Origin: Candidatus Adlerbacteria bacterium
GTDB lineage: Bacteria > Patescibacteriota > Minisyncoccia > Phycocordibacterales > SBAW01
NCBI GenBank assembly: GCA_028286685.1
Contig: JAQBRA010000004.1
Span: 12,898 to 76,897 of the forward strand
Length of the DNA stretch: 64,000 nt
Reading direction: 5' to 3'
Part shown: positions 55,392 through 64,000 of the stretch, in pieces
Numbering within the stretch: position 1 is the first letter of the stretch
Layout: every line of letters starts with the position of its first letter
Translations under genes and position numbers: made by a program
The notes under the pieces: generated by a model
Seen by the model: only the letters and a program-made list of their open reading frames with translations
The model's database searches: none
What the model was told of the DNA's origin: nothing

Positions 55392-55658
55392 TTACTTACC
55401 GATCAGCTCGTCTATGTAGCACCACTTCCAGTCCTCGCCGGGCTGGAATGATTTTATGACCGGGTGCTGCGTGGCATGAAAGTGCTTGGTCGCGTGCTTA
55501 TTCTTGGAGTTGTCGCAACAGCCGACGTGTCCGCAGGTAAGGCATAGGCGCAAATGCACCCAAGTATCACCCATCTTTAAACACTCCTCGCACCCCTCCG
55601 GGGTCCGCGCCGGGGTGGAAGTATCAGCTTTTTCAATATGTTCGCAAGTTTCAGCCAT
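55392..55658 (-). CDS. UBP-type zinc-finger domain protein
   Basis: CEEC…HLRLCLTCGHVGCC…KHATKHFHATQHP matches the zf-UBP pattern. Confidence 0.55.
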   Translation of the reverse strand: MAETCEHIEKADTSTPARTPEGCEECLKMGDTWVHLRLCLTCGHVGCCDNSKNKHATKHFHATQHPVIKSFQPGEDWKWCYIDELIGK

Positions 55659-55750
55659 GACCCATTATATCATTTTGAGCTTAGTGGCACTTCGTTTCCC
55701 GCACCTTAACCGACTTTTCATTATGTGTGGGCATTACTTAGGCGTACGGC

Positions 55751-56338
55751 ATGATCACGATCCGCGAAGTCGATAGACTCGAGTCTTTTAGCGATGCGGT
55801 GTTCGCTATTGTCATCACAATAGCGGTTCTTGCGTTGCGTGTACCCCAGCAAGCGACTCTCGAGTCGCTCAGGGATATTTTGCCTATTTTTCTTGTCTAT
55901 ATTTTTAGTTTTCAAACCATCGGTACCTATTGGAACAACCACCATCACCTTTTACAGGCAAGCAAACGCATAAGCACCAAGATCATGTGGGCCAACCTCC
56001 ACCTATTGTTTTGGATATCGCTCATACCATTTACCATGGAGTGGCTCGGTAAAAATATAGGCGCCATATGGTCCACAGCTGCTTTTGCTTTTGTTTTACT
56101 TATGTGCGGCGTGGCTTATAGAATCCTGGTGTTTACTATCGTGTTTCACCATGGCCAGGATTCTGAGCTCGCGCACGCAATTGGCAATGACGCTAAAGGA
56201 TGGATTTCAATTGGCGCTTACGTGCTGGCGCTTATCTTAGCCTTTGTTGCCCCGTGGGCATCATATGTGGTCGTGGTGCTGGTCGCGCTTATGTGGTTTA
56301 TACCCGATAAGCGGTTACAGGGGCAATTAAAAAATTAG
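55751..56338 (+). CDS. TMEM175/DUF1211-family putative K+ channel
   Basis: N-terminal RLESFSDAVFAIVITIAVL (RxxxFSD signature), six transmembrane helices. Confidence 0.65.
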   Translation: MITIREVDRLESFSDAVFAIVITIAVLALRVPQQATLESLRDILPIFLVYIFSFQTIGTYWNNHHHLLQASKRISTKIMWANLHLLFWISLIPFTMEWLGKNIGAIWSTAAFAFVLLMCGVAYRILVFTIVFHHGQDSELAHAIGNDAKGWISIGAYVLALILAFVAPWASYVVVVLVALMWFIPDKRLQGQLKN

Positions 56339-56364
56339 CGCCATTCGGATCTTTCAGTTCCGCC

Positions 56365-57714
56365 CTACTCCTTCTTGTCAGTCGAAAGCGGCTGGTCGAT
56401 GCGGTTCATGTCGCGCGGGAACATGGTGGCCTCGCGGATGTTCTCAAGGTTGAGTATCTGCATGGTGATGCGCTCGGCGCCGAAGGCAAAGCCGCCTTCG
56501 GGCGGGGCTCCGTAGCGGAATGCCTCGAGGAACATCTCGATCTTCTTGGGGTCCATCTCCCACTCCTCCACATGCTTCATGAGCTGCGCGTAGTCATTGA
56601 TGCGCCGGCCGCCCGAGAGCCACTCGCGTCCGCGGCCTATAAGGTCGACGCCTTCGTTAAACTCCGGATTCTCCGGATTGGGGTATACGTAGAACGGCTT
56701 CTGCTTGGTTGGGTAGCCGTAGACGAACACAAAGTCCGAACCGGTCTCCTCTTTGATAATCGCGCAGAGGTCCTGCTCGTCCTGCGTGCTGAGGTCCTTG
56801 TCCCCGCGCGGATCGCGTCCGGTTTTTGTAAATATTTTCTCCTGCGCCTCGGTCAGCGACATGGTCGGGGTCTTCTCGAGCATCACGGGCAGCTCGACCT
56901 TAAGGAGCTTAAGCTCGGCCTCGCACTTGGTAGAGACAGACATGAGGATAAACCGCACGGTGTGCTCTATCATGTCGCGGATGTCGGTCCACGACTCGAT
57001 AAAGGCCATCTCGGCATCGAGCGAAACTACCTCAGTGAGATGGCGGGTGGTCTGGCTCGGTTCCGCGCGGAATATCTTGTTGACGCTAAAGACGCGCTCG
57101 AATGCGGTCATAACGATCTGCTTGTAGAGCTGCGGCGACTGGCTTAGGTACGCGTCCTTATCGAAGTACTTAACCTTGAATACCTCTGCCCCGCCCTCGG
57201 CGGTTGCAGGCACGATAGAGGGTGCCTGGAACTCGAAGAAGTCCTGCGACTTCATAAACTCGCGGAACGAGTCGATGATGACGGCCTGCACTTTGAATAT
57301 TGCCTGGTTGCGCGGATGGCGCAGCGTAAGCGCGCGGTGGTCGAGCTGGGTCGGCAGGTCGAGATTGTAACCGTCGAGCGACATATCAAACGGCAACGGC
57401 TCTGCCTTAGCCAAAATTTCCAAAGTTTGAACTTGCAGCTCAAGATCGCCATTGAGGACATCGGGGTTGATGTTCTTCTCCGGGCGCTTGTTGACCATGC
57501 CGGAGGCGCTAATGACGTACTCGCCGCGGATTTCCTTGGCAACGGCAATGGCCAGCTCTTCGCTCGGGAGCACGACGGCCTGCACGGTCCCCGAGCGGTC
57601 GCGGAAATCAAAAAAGACCATCTTGCCCTGGTCGCGGCGCACCGAAACCCAGCCTTGGATTTTGACTTGTTCCCCTATTTTCCCCTTGAGGTCTTTTATA
57701 AGTGTGCGTGGCAT
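56365..57714 (-). CDS. class IIb aminoacyl-tRNA synthetase (asparaginyl- or archaeal-type aspartyl-tRNA synthetase)
   Basis: 449 aa. N-terminal OB fold, motif 2 …FRAEPS…, motif 3 GGFAFGAER. The length favours AsnRS or short-form AspRS. Confidence 0.85.
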   Translation of the reverse strand: MPRTLIKDLKGKIGEQVKIQGWVSVRRDQGKMVFFDFRDRSGTVQAVVLPSEELAIAVAKEIRGEYVISASGMVNKRPEKNINPDVLNGDLELQVQTLEILAKAEPLPFDMSLDGYNLDLPTQLDHRALTLRHPRNQAIFKVQAVIIDSFREFMKSQDFFEFQAPSIVPATAEGGAEVFKVKYFDKDAYLSQSPQLYKQIVMTAFERVFSVNKIFRAEPSQTTRHLTEVVSLDAEMAFIESWTDIRDMIEHTVRFILMSVSTKCEAELKLLKVELPVMLEKTPTMSLTEAQEKIFTKTGRDPRGDKDLSTQDEQDLCAIIKEETGSDFVFVYGYPTKQKPFYVYPNPENPEFNEGVDLIGRGREWLSGGRRINDYAQLMKHVEEWEMDPKKIEMFLEAFRYGAPPEGGFAFGAERITMQILNLENIREATMFPRDMNRIDQPLSTDKKE

Positions 57715-57872
57715 TGTGGCGTTTAGTGTATCAAAAATTTACTCGTCCTGCTTATCTGGAGCGGGCTGGGTTTCCGGGCGGTATTCCTCAGGCAGTACAG
57801 TGCCCTTGCCGCCATTGGGCATAAAAAATTCCCCAATCGTATGCAGGATGGTTAAAAAGAATTCCATAGTTT

Positions 57873-58820
57873 TTACAGGCTTACGCCGATGTTCTGGCGC
57901 ACCTCCTCCATTTTCTTCGATGCTATCGCTTTGGCCTTTGCGGCGCCTTGGGCCAGGGCCTTCTTAACATCATCGTCGGTAAGCGCAGCGTATTTAGCGC
58001 GCATCGGGGCCAAGTAAGCGTTGATATCGGCGGCCAAAGCCTCCTTGAGAATCTTGTAGCTCCCCTTGTTGGCTTCATAGAGCGGTGCCAGCTCCTCTTC
58101 GCTCTTGAAGAGCTTGTGGATGGCGTAGACATGGGCCGGACGCTCGCCGGATGAGTCGGTAACAATGCTCATGATCGCCTTAAGAGTATCCTCCTCGCTG
58201 CCAAAGAGCGGGATGGTGTTCTTGTAACTCTTGCTCATTTTCTGTCCGTCGGTGCCGGGCACTACGGCTACCTCGTCGCGGATCTTTTCCTGCGGTTCTT
58301 TAAGAGTCTGTCCGTAGGCCAAGTTGAACTTATTTGCGGCCTCGCGCGCATACTCCACGTGCTGGCGCTGGTCGGCGCCTACGGGCACGATGTCGGTGTC
58401 ATACAGGAGAATGTCGGCCGCCATGAGCATCGGATAGTTAAACAGTCCTGCGTTGGCCTCGAGCCCTTTGGCTACCTTGTCTTTGTAGGCGTGCGCGAGC
58501 TCTAAAAACTTTACCGTAACGAGGGTCTCGAGCATCCAGGCAAGCTCGGTGTGCTCGGATACGTCAGACTGTTTGAAAATAATCGAGTTGGAAGGATCGA
58601 TGCCGATAGCCAGGAGCGTCTTGGTGGTGTCGAGGATGTTCTGCCTAAGCGCTGCCGGGTCTTTGACGGTTGTGAGCGCGTGGTAGTCGACGACGCAGAA
58701 GATGCAGTCGTCCTCCTGGCTCATCTCGACCCACTGCTTGAGCGCGCCGAAATAGTTGCCGATGTGGAGCGCCCCGGACGGCTGCACGCCGCTAAATACG
58801 CGTTTTTTGCCCTCTGCCAT
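57873..58820 (-). CDS. trpS: tryptophanyl-tRNA synthetase
   Basis: GVQPSGALHIGNY (HIGH) and KMSKSYKN (KMSKS); 315 aa. Confidence 0.9.
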   Translation of the reverse strand: MAEGKKRVFSGVQPSGALHIGNYFGALKQWVEMSQEDDCIFCVVDYHALTTVKDPAALRQNILDTTKTLLAIGIDPSNSIIFKQSDVSEHTELAWMLETLVTVKFLELAHAYKDKVAKGLEANAGLFNYPMLMAADILLYDTDIVPVGADQRQHVEYAREAANKFNLAYGQTLKEPQEKIRDEVAVVPGTDGQKMSKSYKNTIPLFGSEEDTLKAIMSIVTDSSGERPAHVYAIHKLFKSEEELAPLYEANKGSYKILKEALAADINAYLAPMRAKYAALTDDDVKKALAQGAAKAKAIASKKMEEVRQNIGVSL

Positions 58821-58872
58821 ATGAGTATGAGTGTACCAGAAAAGTCCTTAAGGGGCTTGGGTTTTTAGACAC

Positions 58873-58901
58873 TTGACAAATGAGTTAAATAGGAGTATAA
58901 T
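58873..58901 (+). promoter_or_regulatory. consensus sigma70-type promoter
   Basis: TTGACA-aatgagttaaataggag-TATAAT. Confidence 0.65.
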
Positions 58902-58934
58902 TAAATAAATAGTTCATCAAACACGGGGGTTGCA

Positions 58935-59315
58935 ATGGAATTTCCGAAACCGCTTATGTCATACGAGGAGGCCTTGAAAGAGGTTGATGGATTGGCCGAC
59001 AAGCTCGGTCATAAAATTGAAGAAAAAATCAACCCACTCGTTGCTGCTCTGCGGATGTACGGTATTGTCACATCAGCGTCCTGCCAAGGACACGGCGGCT
59101 GTGGTTTGCGATATCCATGGATCGACGTCGAGATGGAAAGCATCCCTCTGGCAAGTCGGGTGGTTTGTGCCGCAAACTCGGCGCGTCATTGGTGGGTTTT
59201 TGAGCCCAGGCCGACTTTTATGCGGCTCCATCCTGGGAACATCAGGGTAAAACTGAGCCGCATGCAGCATCAGGCTCTGGTGTTTGCTGAACGGATTCGT
59301 AAGCTAAATGACTAG
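58935..59315 (+). CDS. hypothetical protein
   Basis: 126-aa ORF with GGGGG ribosome-binding site. Terminator 59322-59360 (AAACGGCGGGAcaaatGTCCCGCCGTTT). Confidence 0.45.
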   Translation: MEFPKPLMSYEEALKEVDGLADKLGHKIEEKINPLVAALRMYGIVTSASCQGHGGCGLRYPWIDVEMESIPLASRVVCAANSARHWWVFEPRPTFMRLHPGNIRVKLSRMQHQALVFAERIRKLND

Positions 59316-59381
59316 CGAGTCGTTAAGCAAAACGGCGGGACAAATGTCCCGCCGTTTTTTTATTTGCTCTGCTTTTTTGTC

Positions 59382-60491
59382 TTAGATCCCCTCCTCCTTA
59401 AGCTTCTCAACTAAACTCTTAGCTGCTTTGGAAAGCTTGTGAGGGAAGAGGATTTTGACCCGAACATACATGTCTCCCCTCTTGCCGCCGCGCTGCGGTA
59501 CGCCGCGGCCTTTTACCTTGAGCATCTCGCCATGGCTGACGCCGGTCGGGATATCTATATCTTCCTCGCCATCAAGCGTCTGGAGCTTGTAGCTGGTGCC
59601 CAACAGGGCGTCGGTAAGTTTGACGGAGAGCTCGGTAGTGAGGTTGGGCCCATCTTTCTTAAAGCGCGCATCGGGCTGGATATGCACCTTAACGTAGAGG
59701 TCGCCGGGGTTGCCGCCCGAGACCGCCTCGCCCATGCCGGTAAGGCGTATCATCTCATTGCCCTCGATGCCGGCCGGTACGGTGATGTCTATCTCCTCCT
59801 GCTTCTTGTATACCCCTTCGCCGCGGCAGGTCTCGCACTTTTCCTTGGGGACCTTGCCCATGCCCTTGCAGTGGCGGCACACGCTCTGCATGGTAATAGT
59901 GCCAAAGAAGGAATTGGTCGTCTCGTGGACCTTGCCCTGCCCGTTGCAGTGGGTACAGGTCATCATTTCGGTGCCCATCTTGGCGCCCGAGCCCTGGCAG
60001 GCCTCGCAGGTGCCGGTCTTAGCCAAAAGTACCGAGCGCTTGATGCCGAAAATAGAGTCTTTAAAGGAAATTTCGAGGTCAATGGAGATGTCGCGGCCGC
60101 GGCGCACGCGGGTGCCGCCTGCCTGGCCGGCAAAGATGTCTCCAAAAATATCCCCCATGTCAAAGCCTGCTCCGCCCTGATTGAAGGCCTCGGCAAATTG
60201 GCTGAAGTCAAAGCCGCCGCCCTGGCCGAATCCGCCAAAGCCTCCGGCACCCGTCCCGCCGGGAGCGCCCCCTCCGCCAAACACGCGGCCGTAGGAGTCG
60301 TACTCGGCGCGTTTCTTGTCGTCGGAAAGGACCGAGTATGCCTCGCTCACCTCCTTAAATTTGTCCGCGTCGCCCTCTTTCTTGTCCGGATGGAACTTGT
60401 GCGCGAGCTTGTGGAACGCCTTCTTAATCTCCTCTTTAGATGCCTTCTTCTCTATCCCCAAGATCTCGTAGTAGTCGCGTTTGTTGGACAT
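59382..60491 (-). CDS. dnaJ: chaperone DnaJ
   Basis: J-domain with HPD (…FHPDKK), Gly/Phe-rich region, four CxxCxGxG zinc repeats. Confidence 0.9.
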   Translation of the reverse strand: MSNKRDYYEILGIEKKASKEEIKKAFHKLAHKFHPDKKEGDADKFKEVSEAYSVLSDDKKRAEYDSYGRVFGGGGAPGGTGAGGFGGFGQGGGFDFSQFAEAFNQGGAGFDMGDIFGDIFAGQAGGTRVRRGRDISIDLEISFKDSIFGIKRSVLLAKTGTCEACQGSGAKMGTEMMTCTHCNGQGKVHETTNSFFGTITMQSVCRHCKGMGKVPKEKCETCRGEGVYKKQEEIDITVPAGIEGNEMIRLTGMGEAVSGGNPGDLYVKVHIQPDARFKKDGPNLTTELSVKLTDALLGTSYKLQTLDGEEDIDIPTGVSHGEMLKVKGRGVPQRGGKRGDMYVRVKILFPHKLSKAAKSLVEKLKEEGI

Positions 60492-60579
60492 AATTATCCA
60501 CATTGTACGCGCCGTATGGCGCGTATGCAAGCTTTAGCCATAGTCCCGCTTAGTTGACAATAAGTGGAAAAATAAAAAA

Positions 60580-60607
60580 ATGCTCATGCGTACTTCAGCA
60601 TGAGCAT
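60580..60607. promoter_or_regulatory. perfect 10-bp inverted repeat upstream of dnaJ
   Basis: ATGCTCATGC-gtacttca-GCATGAGCAT. Preceded by a TTGACA box (60554) and followed by a terminator at 60646-60680. Confidence 0.45.
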
Positions 60608-60645
60608 GAAGCTTCTTTTGTTCGTAGTGCGGACGATTAGGGAAA

Positions 60646-60680
60646 AGAAAAAGGCCGCAACACAAAGTGTTGCGGCCCGG
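60646..60680. terminator. intrinsic terminator
   Basis: aaaaaGGCCGCAACACaaaGTGTTGCGGCCcggg. Confidence 0.65.
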
Positions 60681-60732
60681 GAACTAGTTACCTAATTCCG
60701 AATGTGCTTCTTGTTGTAGATCGAGCCGGCGC

Positions 60733-61197
60733 TTAGTTGTTCCGGCTCGTGAGGGTGCTGATCACGTTCTTGACCTGCGACATGTTGCCGGCCGCGAGCG
60801 CAGTCGAATTCGCCTCGGAGACGCCCGCCGCCAGGCTGTTGGCCACGCCGCTGACCGCCTGGTTCGCCGAGCCGCTGAGCTGGCCGACCACGGTGTTGGC
60901 CTGCGCGCCCATGGCGCCGAACGTGCCCAAATGCTCCGACGTCGCCGAGATGGCGTTGTCGACCGACGAGCTGTTGAGCATGACGGCACCCAGAGCGTCG
61001 GTCTTCGCGTTGGACGTGTTCGACGTGGCGTTGGCAACCGCACCGGCAACCTGCTGGCCGACGATCGTGCCCTGCAGGATGACGGTATTCGCCGCATCGA
61101 ACGTCTGGGCGTTGGCCGGAGCCGCGGGCAGAAGAGCGAGAACAGCGGCGCCGGCAATGAGGGCGGCGGCGCGGAACATGGTACGAATGGTCTTCAT
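60733..61197 (-). CDS. secreted Ala/Asn/Ser/Gly-rich low-complexity protein
   Basis: Signal peptide …AAPANAQT, then imperfect repeats (…AGAVANATSNTSNAKTDALGAV…ANQAVSGVANSLAAGVSEANSTALAAG…). Confidence 0.5.
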   Translation of the reverse strand: MKTIRTMFRAAALIAGAAVLALLPAAPANAQTFDAANTVILQGTIVGQQVAGAVANATSNTSNAKTDALGAVMLNSSSVDNAISATSEHLGTFGAMGAQANTVVGQLSGSANQAVSGVANSLAAGVSEANSTALAAGNMSQVKNVISTLTSRNN

Positions 61198-61295
61198 GAC
61201 TTGCTTCCTTGGTTGTTGTCGCGTGATTACAGTAGCGGGTTGCGACTCCTCCCGCTACAGTTCCCTGCCTCCGGCGGAATGCCAGGGGAGGTATC

Positions 61296-62294
61296 TCAGT
61301 TAAGTGCCGAGACGACTGTCTCGTTGCGGCACTTATAAAGGTTGAACTTCTGCTCCAGCAGGTCGCCGACCGCGAGGTCGATCAGGTCTCCCATCGAGTC
61401 TTGCACCGGCTCGCGCCGCTGCGCACCCGCTTCGAGATTGATCAGCTGCGGCTTTACGTCACCGAAGTAACGCGTCAGCTGCAGACGGATGCCGTCCTGA
61501 ACGACCTGCTTTTTGACCGTGGTGGTTGCCACGATCCGTCCGCCCACCGAGTCTCCAACCGGAAACTCAACGAGTCGCATGTCGAGCCGCTGGGCGATTC
61601 GATTCTGCTCGTAGCCGGCAGTAAGCCCTGCGGCTCCGCCGTTGATGCCGCCGCCGGGCAGAAAGTCGGTTCCGGTGATCGAGCCCATAATCACGTAGCG
61701 CGCGGGGTACAAAGTCCCTTTGCGCAACGGTATGTTCTTAATCTGGACCGTCTGCGACTCCGTCTTGGGCGGCGTGTTGGTGGTGACCTTGAGCGTAGCC
61801 GGACGGGAGACCCCGTCTGGACCCTTGATCTCCTGGTTCGGGATGGTTGTTTCCGTCACCGAGCCTTCCTGAGTTCTTACATTCAGGACGGCAGGACGGC
61901 TGACGCCGTCGCCAACGAGCTCCTGGCCTGCTTTGGCCTGGAACCAGTCGAGCGTTCCCCGGTAAACCGGATCCAGCTCGACAAGCCTCACCCCGGTGCG
62001 ACCCAGGGAGGATATTGCCATATCGGCTCCACCTTGGGTATTGAAGGCGCCGGTGCCGTCGTTGCTGGAGTAGTTGGCTTTGCCGGTTTTATCGCCGCCG
62101 CCGACCACTCCGAACGCAACTTGGCGCTGAGCCTTGGTGAGATTGCGTGCAACGCACGCAAGCTTGCCTTCCGCCACCTTACCCGTAACTTCGGGCTCGG
62201 GGCCCTTGGGCAGCTGTACATTTTCCCCGAACGGGGCAACTGCGCAGCCAGCCAAGGATAGAGCCGCAATAAGTACGGCCACGATGCGATGCAT
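61296..62294 (-). CDS. lipoprotein, possibly CsgG-family (curli-type secretion channel)
   Basis: Lipobox LSLAGC. The C-terminal half (…IMGSITGTDFLPGGGINGGAAGLTAGYEQNRIAQRLDMRLVEF…GGRIVAT…) resembles the CsgG core by pattern. The ORF's N-terminal extension to 62441 is rejected. Confidence 0.45.
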   Translation of the reverse strand: MHRIVAVLIAALSLAGCAVAPFGENVQLPKGPEPEVTGKVAEGKLACVARNLTKAQRQVAFGVVGGGDKTGKANYSSNDGTGAFNTQGGADMAISSLGRTGVRLVELDPVYRGTLDWFQAKAGQELVGDGVSRPAVLNVRTQEGSVTETTIPNQEIKGPDGVSRPATLKVTTNTPPKTESQTVQIKNIPLRKGTLYPARYVIMGSITGTDFLPGGGINGGAAGLTAGYEQNRIAQRLDMRLVEFPVGDSVGGRIVATTTVKKQVVQDGIRLQLTRYFGDVKPQLINLEAGAQRREPVQDSMGDLIDLAVGDLLEQKFNLYKCRNETVVSALN

Positions 62295-62316
62295 GCCACT
62301 CACTCCTGGTTGGGCG

Positions 62317-62787
62317 CTACGGCGTCGACTTGGTGACAACACTGTCAGCCGAGTTGTAGACGCCGCCGGTGCCCTGCGTTGTTGCGTTTGATTTGGCGGT
62401 GCCCGACTGCGTAGCGTTGTTGGCGCTTTGCGTCGTGCCATTCGTCACAGCATTGCCGTTGCCGGTAATGATCGTGTCGTTTTGGCTGTAGTTGCCGATC
62501 ACCGTGTTATGGGACGCACTAAACGGGCCGGTGTAGGTGTATTGCTGCACCACATCGCCGTTGTAGACGGTAGAGCCGCCGGTTGAACCGGGAGCGCCAG
62601 TTATGATGCCATGACGATTCAGGTAGTCCTGATAGGCGTCATTGCGCAACAGACTCTTGTCGTAGGTGCTCGTTGGAGCCCACGTGCCGCTCCATTTCAG
62701 GGGCGCATTGTTAGGCGATTGGGCTTGCGCCGCAGTCGCCAGGAAGGCCAGGCAAAGCCCGACAATCCCGCTTATGAGCTTTGTCAT
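62317..62787 (-). CDS. secreted Asn/Gln/Thr/Gly-rich repeat protein (curlin-like composition)
   Basis: Signal peptide MTKLISGIVGLCLAFLATAAQAQ. Repeats such as TGNGNAVTNGTTQSANNATQSGTAKSNATTQGTGG. Confidence 0.45.
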   Translation of the reverse strand: MTKLISGIVGLCLAFLATAAQAQSPNNAPLKWSGTWAPTSTYDKSLLRNDAYQDYLNRHGIITGAPGSTGGSTVYNGDVVQQYTYTGPFSASHNTVIGNYSQNDTIITGNGNAVTNGTTQSANNATQSGTAKSNATTQGTGGVYNSADSVVTKSTP

Positions 62788-62909
62788 GAGTTCCTCTCTT
62801 TGTTCAAAGTGCAATTTGCCGTTAAAAAGGGCGCCGTTAGGCGCTCTTTCAGCACTGGAGCGATCTTAACCTACTTAATAAAACGTGTCAAGCGTGGACA
62901 ATACTCAAG

Positions 62910-64000
62910 TTAGTGTTCTTCATTTTTGGCCGGTTCTTCCCCATCTCCTAAAAATCCTCCCGCCTGGATGCTCCAGAGCTTCTGGTAGAGCCCGCGCTCG
63001 CGAATCAGCTGCAGGTGGGTGCCCTGGGCGACCACTGCTCCCCCGTCTATGACCACTATCCGGTCCATTTTCATGATAGTGGAGAGGCGATGCGCGATGA
63101 CTATGACCGTCTTCCCTTCCATAAGCACATTGAGCGCATCCTGTATCAATGCTTCGGACTCGGAGTCGAGGCTTGAGGTCGCTTCGTCCAGAACCAGTAT
63201 GGGCGCGTCTTTCAGTATTGCCCTAGCAATGGCGACGCGCTGGCGCTCGCCGCCGGAGAGCTTGATGCCCCGCTCGCCCACGAGCGTGTCGTAGCCCAGC
63301 GGGAGCTTTGAGATAAATTCGTGGCAGTGCGCCTTCTTGGCGGCCTCTATAACCTGCTCGTTGGTTGCATCGCGATAGCCGTACCGGATGTTTTCCATAA
63401 GCGTGCGGTGGAACAGGATAGGCTCTTGCGGCACGAAAGCTATCGCGTCGCGCAGAGTATCTTGGGTAACCTTGCTGATATCTTGTCCGTCTATCTTTAT
63501 TTCGCCCAAGGCGACATCGTAAAGCCGCAGCAAGAGCTTGGTCACAGTCGACTTGCCCGCACCCGAGGGGCCCACCAGCGCTACCCGCTCCCCGCCGGAA
63601 ATAGTGAGGTTGAATTGCTGCAGAATGGGCGTGCCTTTATGGAAGTTAAACGACACGTCGTCAAACCAGACCTCGCCCGTATCAACCCTAAGGCGCTTGG
63701 CGCCCTTTTTGTCGCGTATCTCGTGGGGGGTTTGAAGTATGGCGAGCATCTCCCCGGCGTCGGCAAATGCGTCATAAAATCGGCGCAAGTTAAACCCTAT
63801 GCCCATAAGCAGGTTAAAGACCGTGAGCAGGTAGGCCTGTATGAGTACGAAGTCGCCCAAGGTCAGCTCGCCTTGCCTCCAGAGCAGGACCGCGCCCCAC
63901 AGGAGTCCCACCTGTATGGCTACGACAAAAAGCCCGATGATTCCCCAGGTCCAGCCGTCTATGAGCCAGTTGCGCAGGGTTTTCTGCCGCCAATCGGTAA
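62910..64000 (-). CDS. ABC exporter (fused permease-ATPase, MsbA-like); N-terminal part lies outside the window
   Basis: Walker A GPSGAGKST, signature LSGGERQRV, Walker B LVLDEATSSLD. The frame stays open past 64000. Confidence 0.85.
   Translation of the reverse strand, partial: TDWRQKTLRNWLIDGWTWGIIGLFVVAIQVGLLWGAVLLWRQGELTLGDFVLIQAYLLTVFNLLMGIGFNLRRFYDAFADAGEMLAILQTPHEIRDKKGAKRLRVDTGEVWFDDVSFNFHKGTPILQQFNLTISGGERVALVGPSGAGKSTVTKLLLRLYDVALGEIKIDGQDISKVTQDTLRDAIAFVPQEPILFHRTLMENIRYGYRDATNEQVIEAAKKAHCHEFISKLPLGYDTLVGERGIKLSGGERQRVAIARAILKDAPILVLDEATSSLDSESEALIQDALNVLMEGKTVIVIAHRLSTIMKMDRIVVIDGGAVVAQGTHLQLIRERGLYQKLWSIQAGGFLGDGEEPAKNEEH

Noticed and set aside
1-64000. CRISPR arrays, rRNA genes, transposase or integrase genes
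   Set aside because: No regularly spaced short repeats, no rRNA-like segments and no recognisable transposase or integrase ORFs were seen by eye. The only tRNA-like sequences are tRNA-Glu, tRNA-Pro and the 20-nt tRNA-Glu fragment.

Overview
The window reads as a high-GC (~60-65%) bacterial chromosome that is densely coding, mostly housekeeping genes with short intergenic gaps. Recognised genes include mreB-mreC-mreD-mrdA, greA, a class-I lysyl-tRNA synthetase, mraZ-rsmH-ftsL-ftsI-murF, tRNA-Glu, recR-dnaB-cysS, corA, tatA-tatC, ctpA, rplI, rpmA, tRNA-Pro, an ABC-2 exporter pair, gltX with murG-ftsW-mraY, a CtrA-like response regulator, scpAB, pepS, padR-pspC, asnS/aspS, trpS, dnaJ, and the C-terminal part of proS at the left edge. 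The lineage signals are mixed. A CtrA-like regulator, an Omp25/Omp31-like outer-membrane protein and a class-I LysRS point towards a diderm Alphaproteobacteria-like organism. Against that, the division/cell-wall (dcw) cluster is fragmented and rplU is unlinked from rpmA. Several lower-GC (~45%) accessory stretches stand out, and most of the hunt findings fall in them:
- A 1.9-kb three-gene islet (histidine phosphatase, NUDIX hydrolase, cytidylyltransferase-family enzyme) at 4807-6722, bracketed by a 37-bp direct repeat of the mrdA 3' end.
- A roughly 5-kb accessory region next to tRNA-Pro (33.8-39.5 kb). It holds an SLT-like peptidoglycan hydrolase, a HEPN-like protein, an FkbM methyltransferase and an overlapping DUF5678-like plus retropepsin-like (DTGA) protease gene pair. 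Two paralogous ~180-bp non-coding segments and a start-codon-sequestering hairpin element sit inside it.
- A tatA-tatC-small ORF-peptidoglycan-binding protein operon.
- A two-gene module whose large product ends in a GH5 glycosidase domain.
- A curli-like cluster: two low-complexity secreted proteins flanking a CsgG-like lipoprotein.
- A duplicated tRNA-Glu 3' end that looks like an att scar.
- Several promoters sharing an extended TTGACAAAT(N)-17-TAnAnT architecture.
No CRISPR arrays or rRNA genes were seen.
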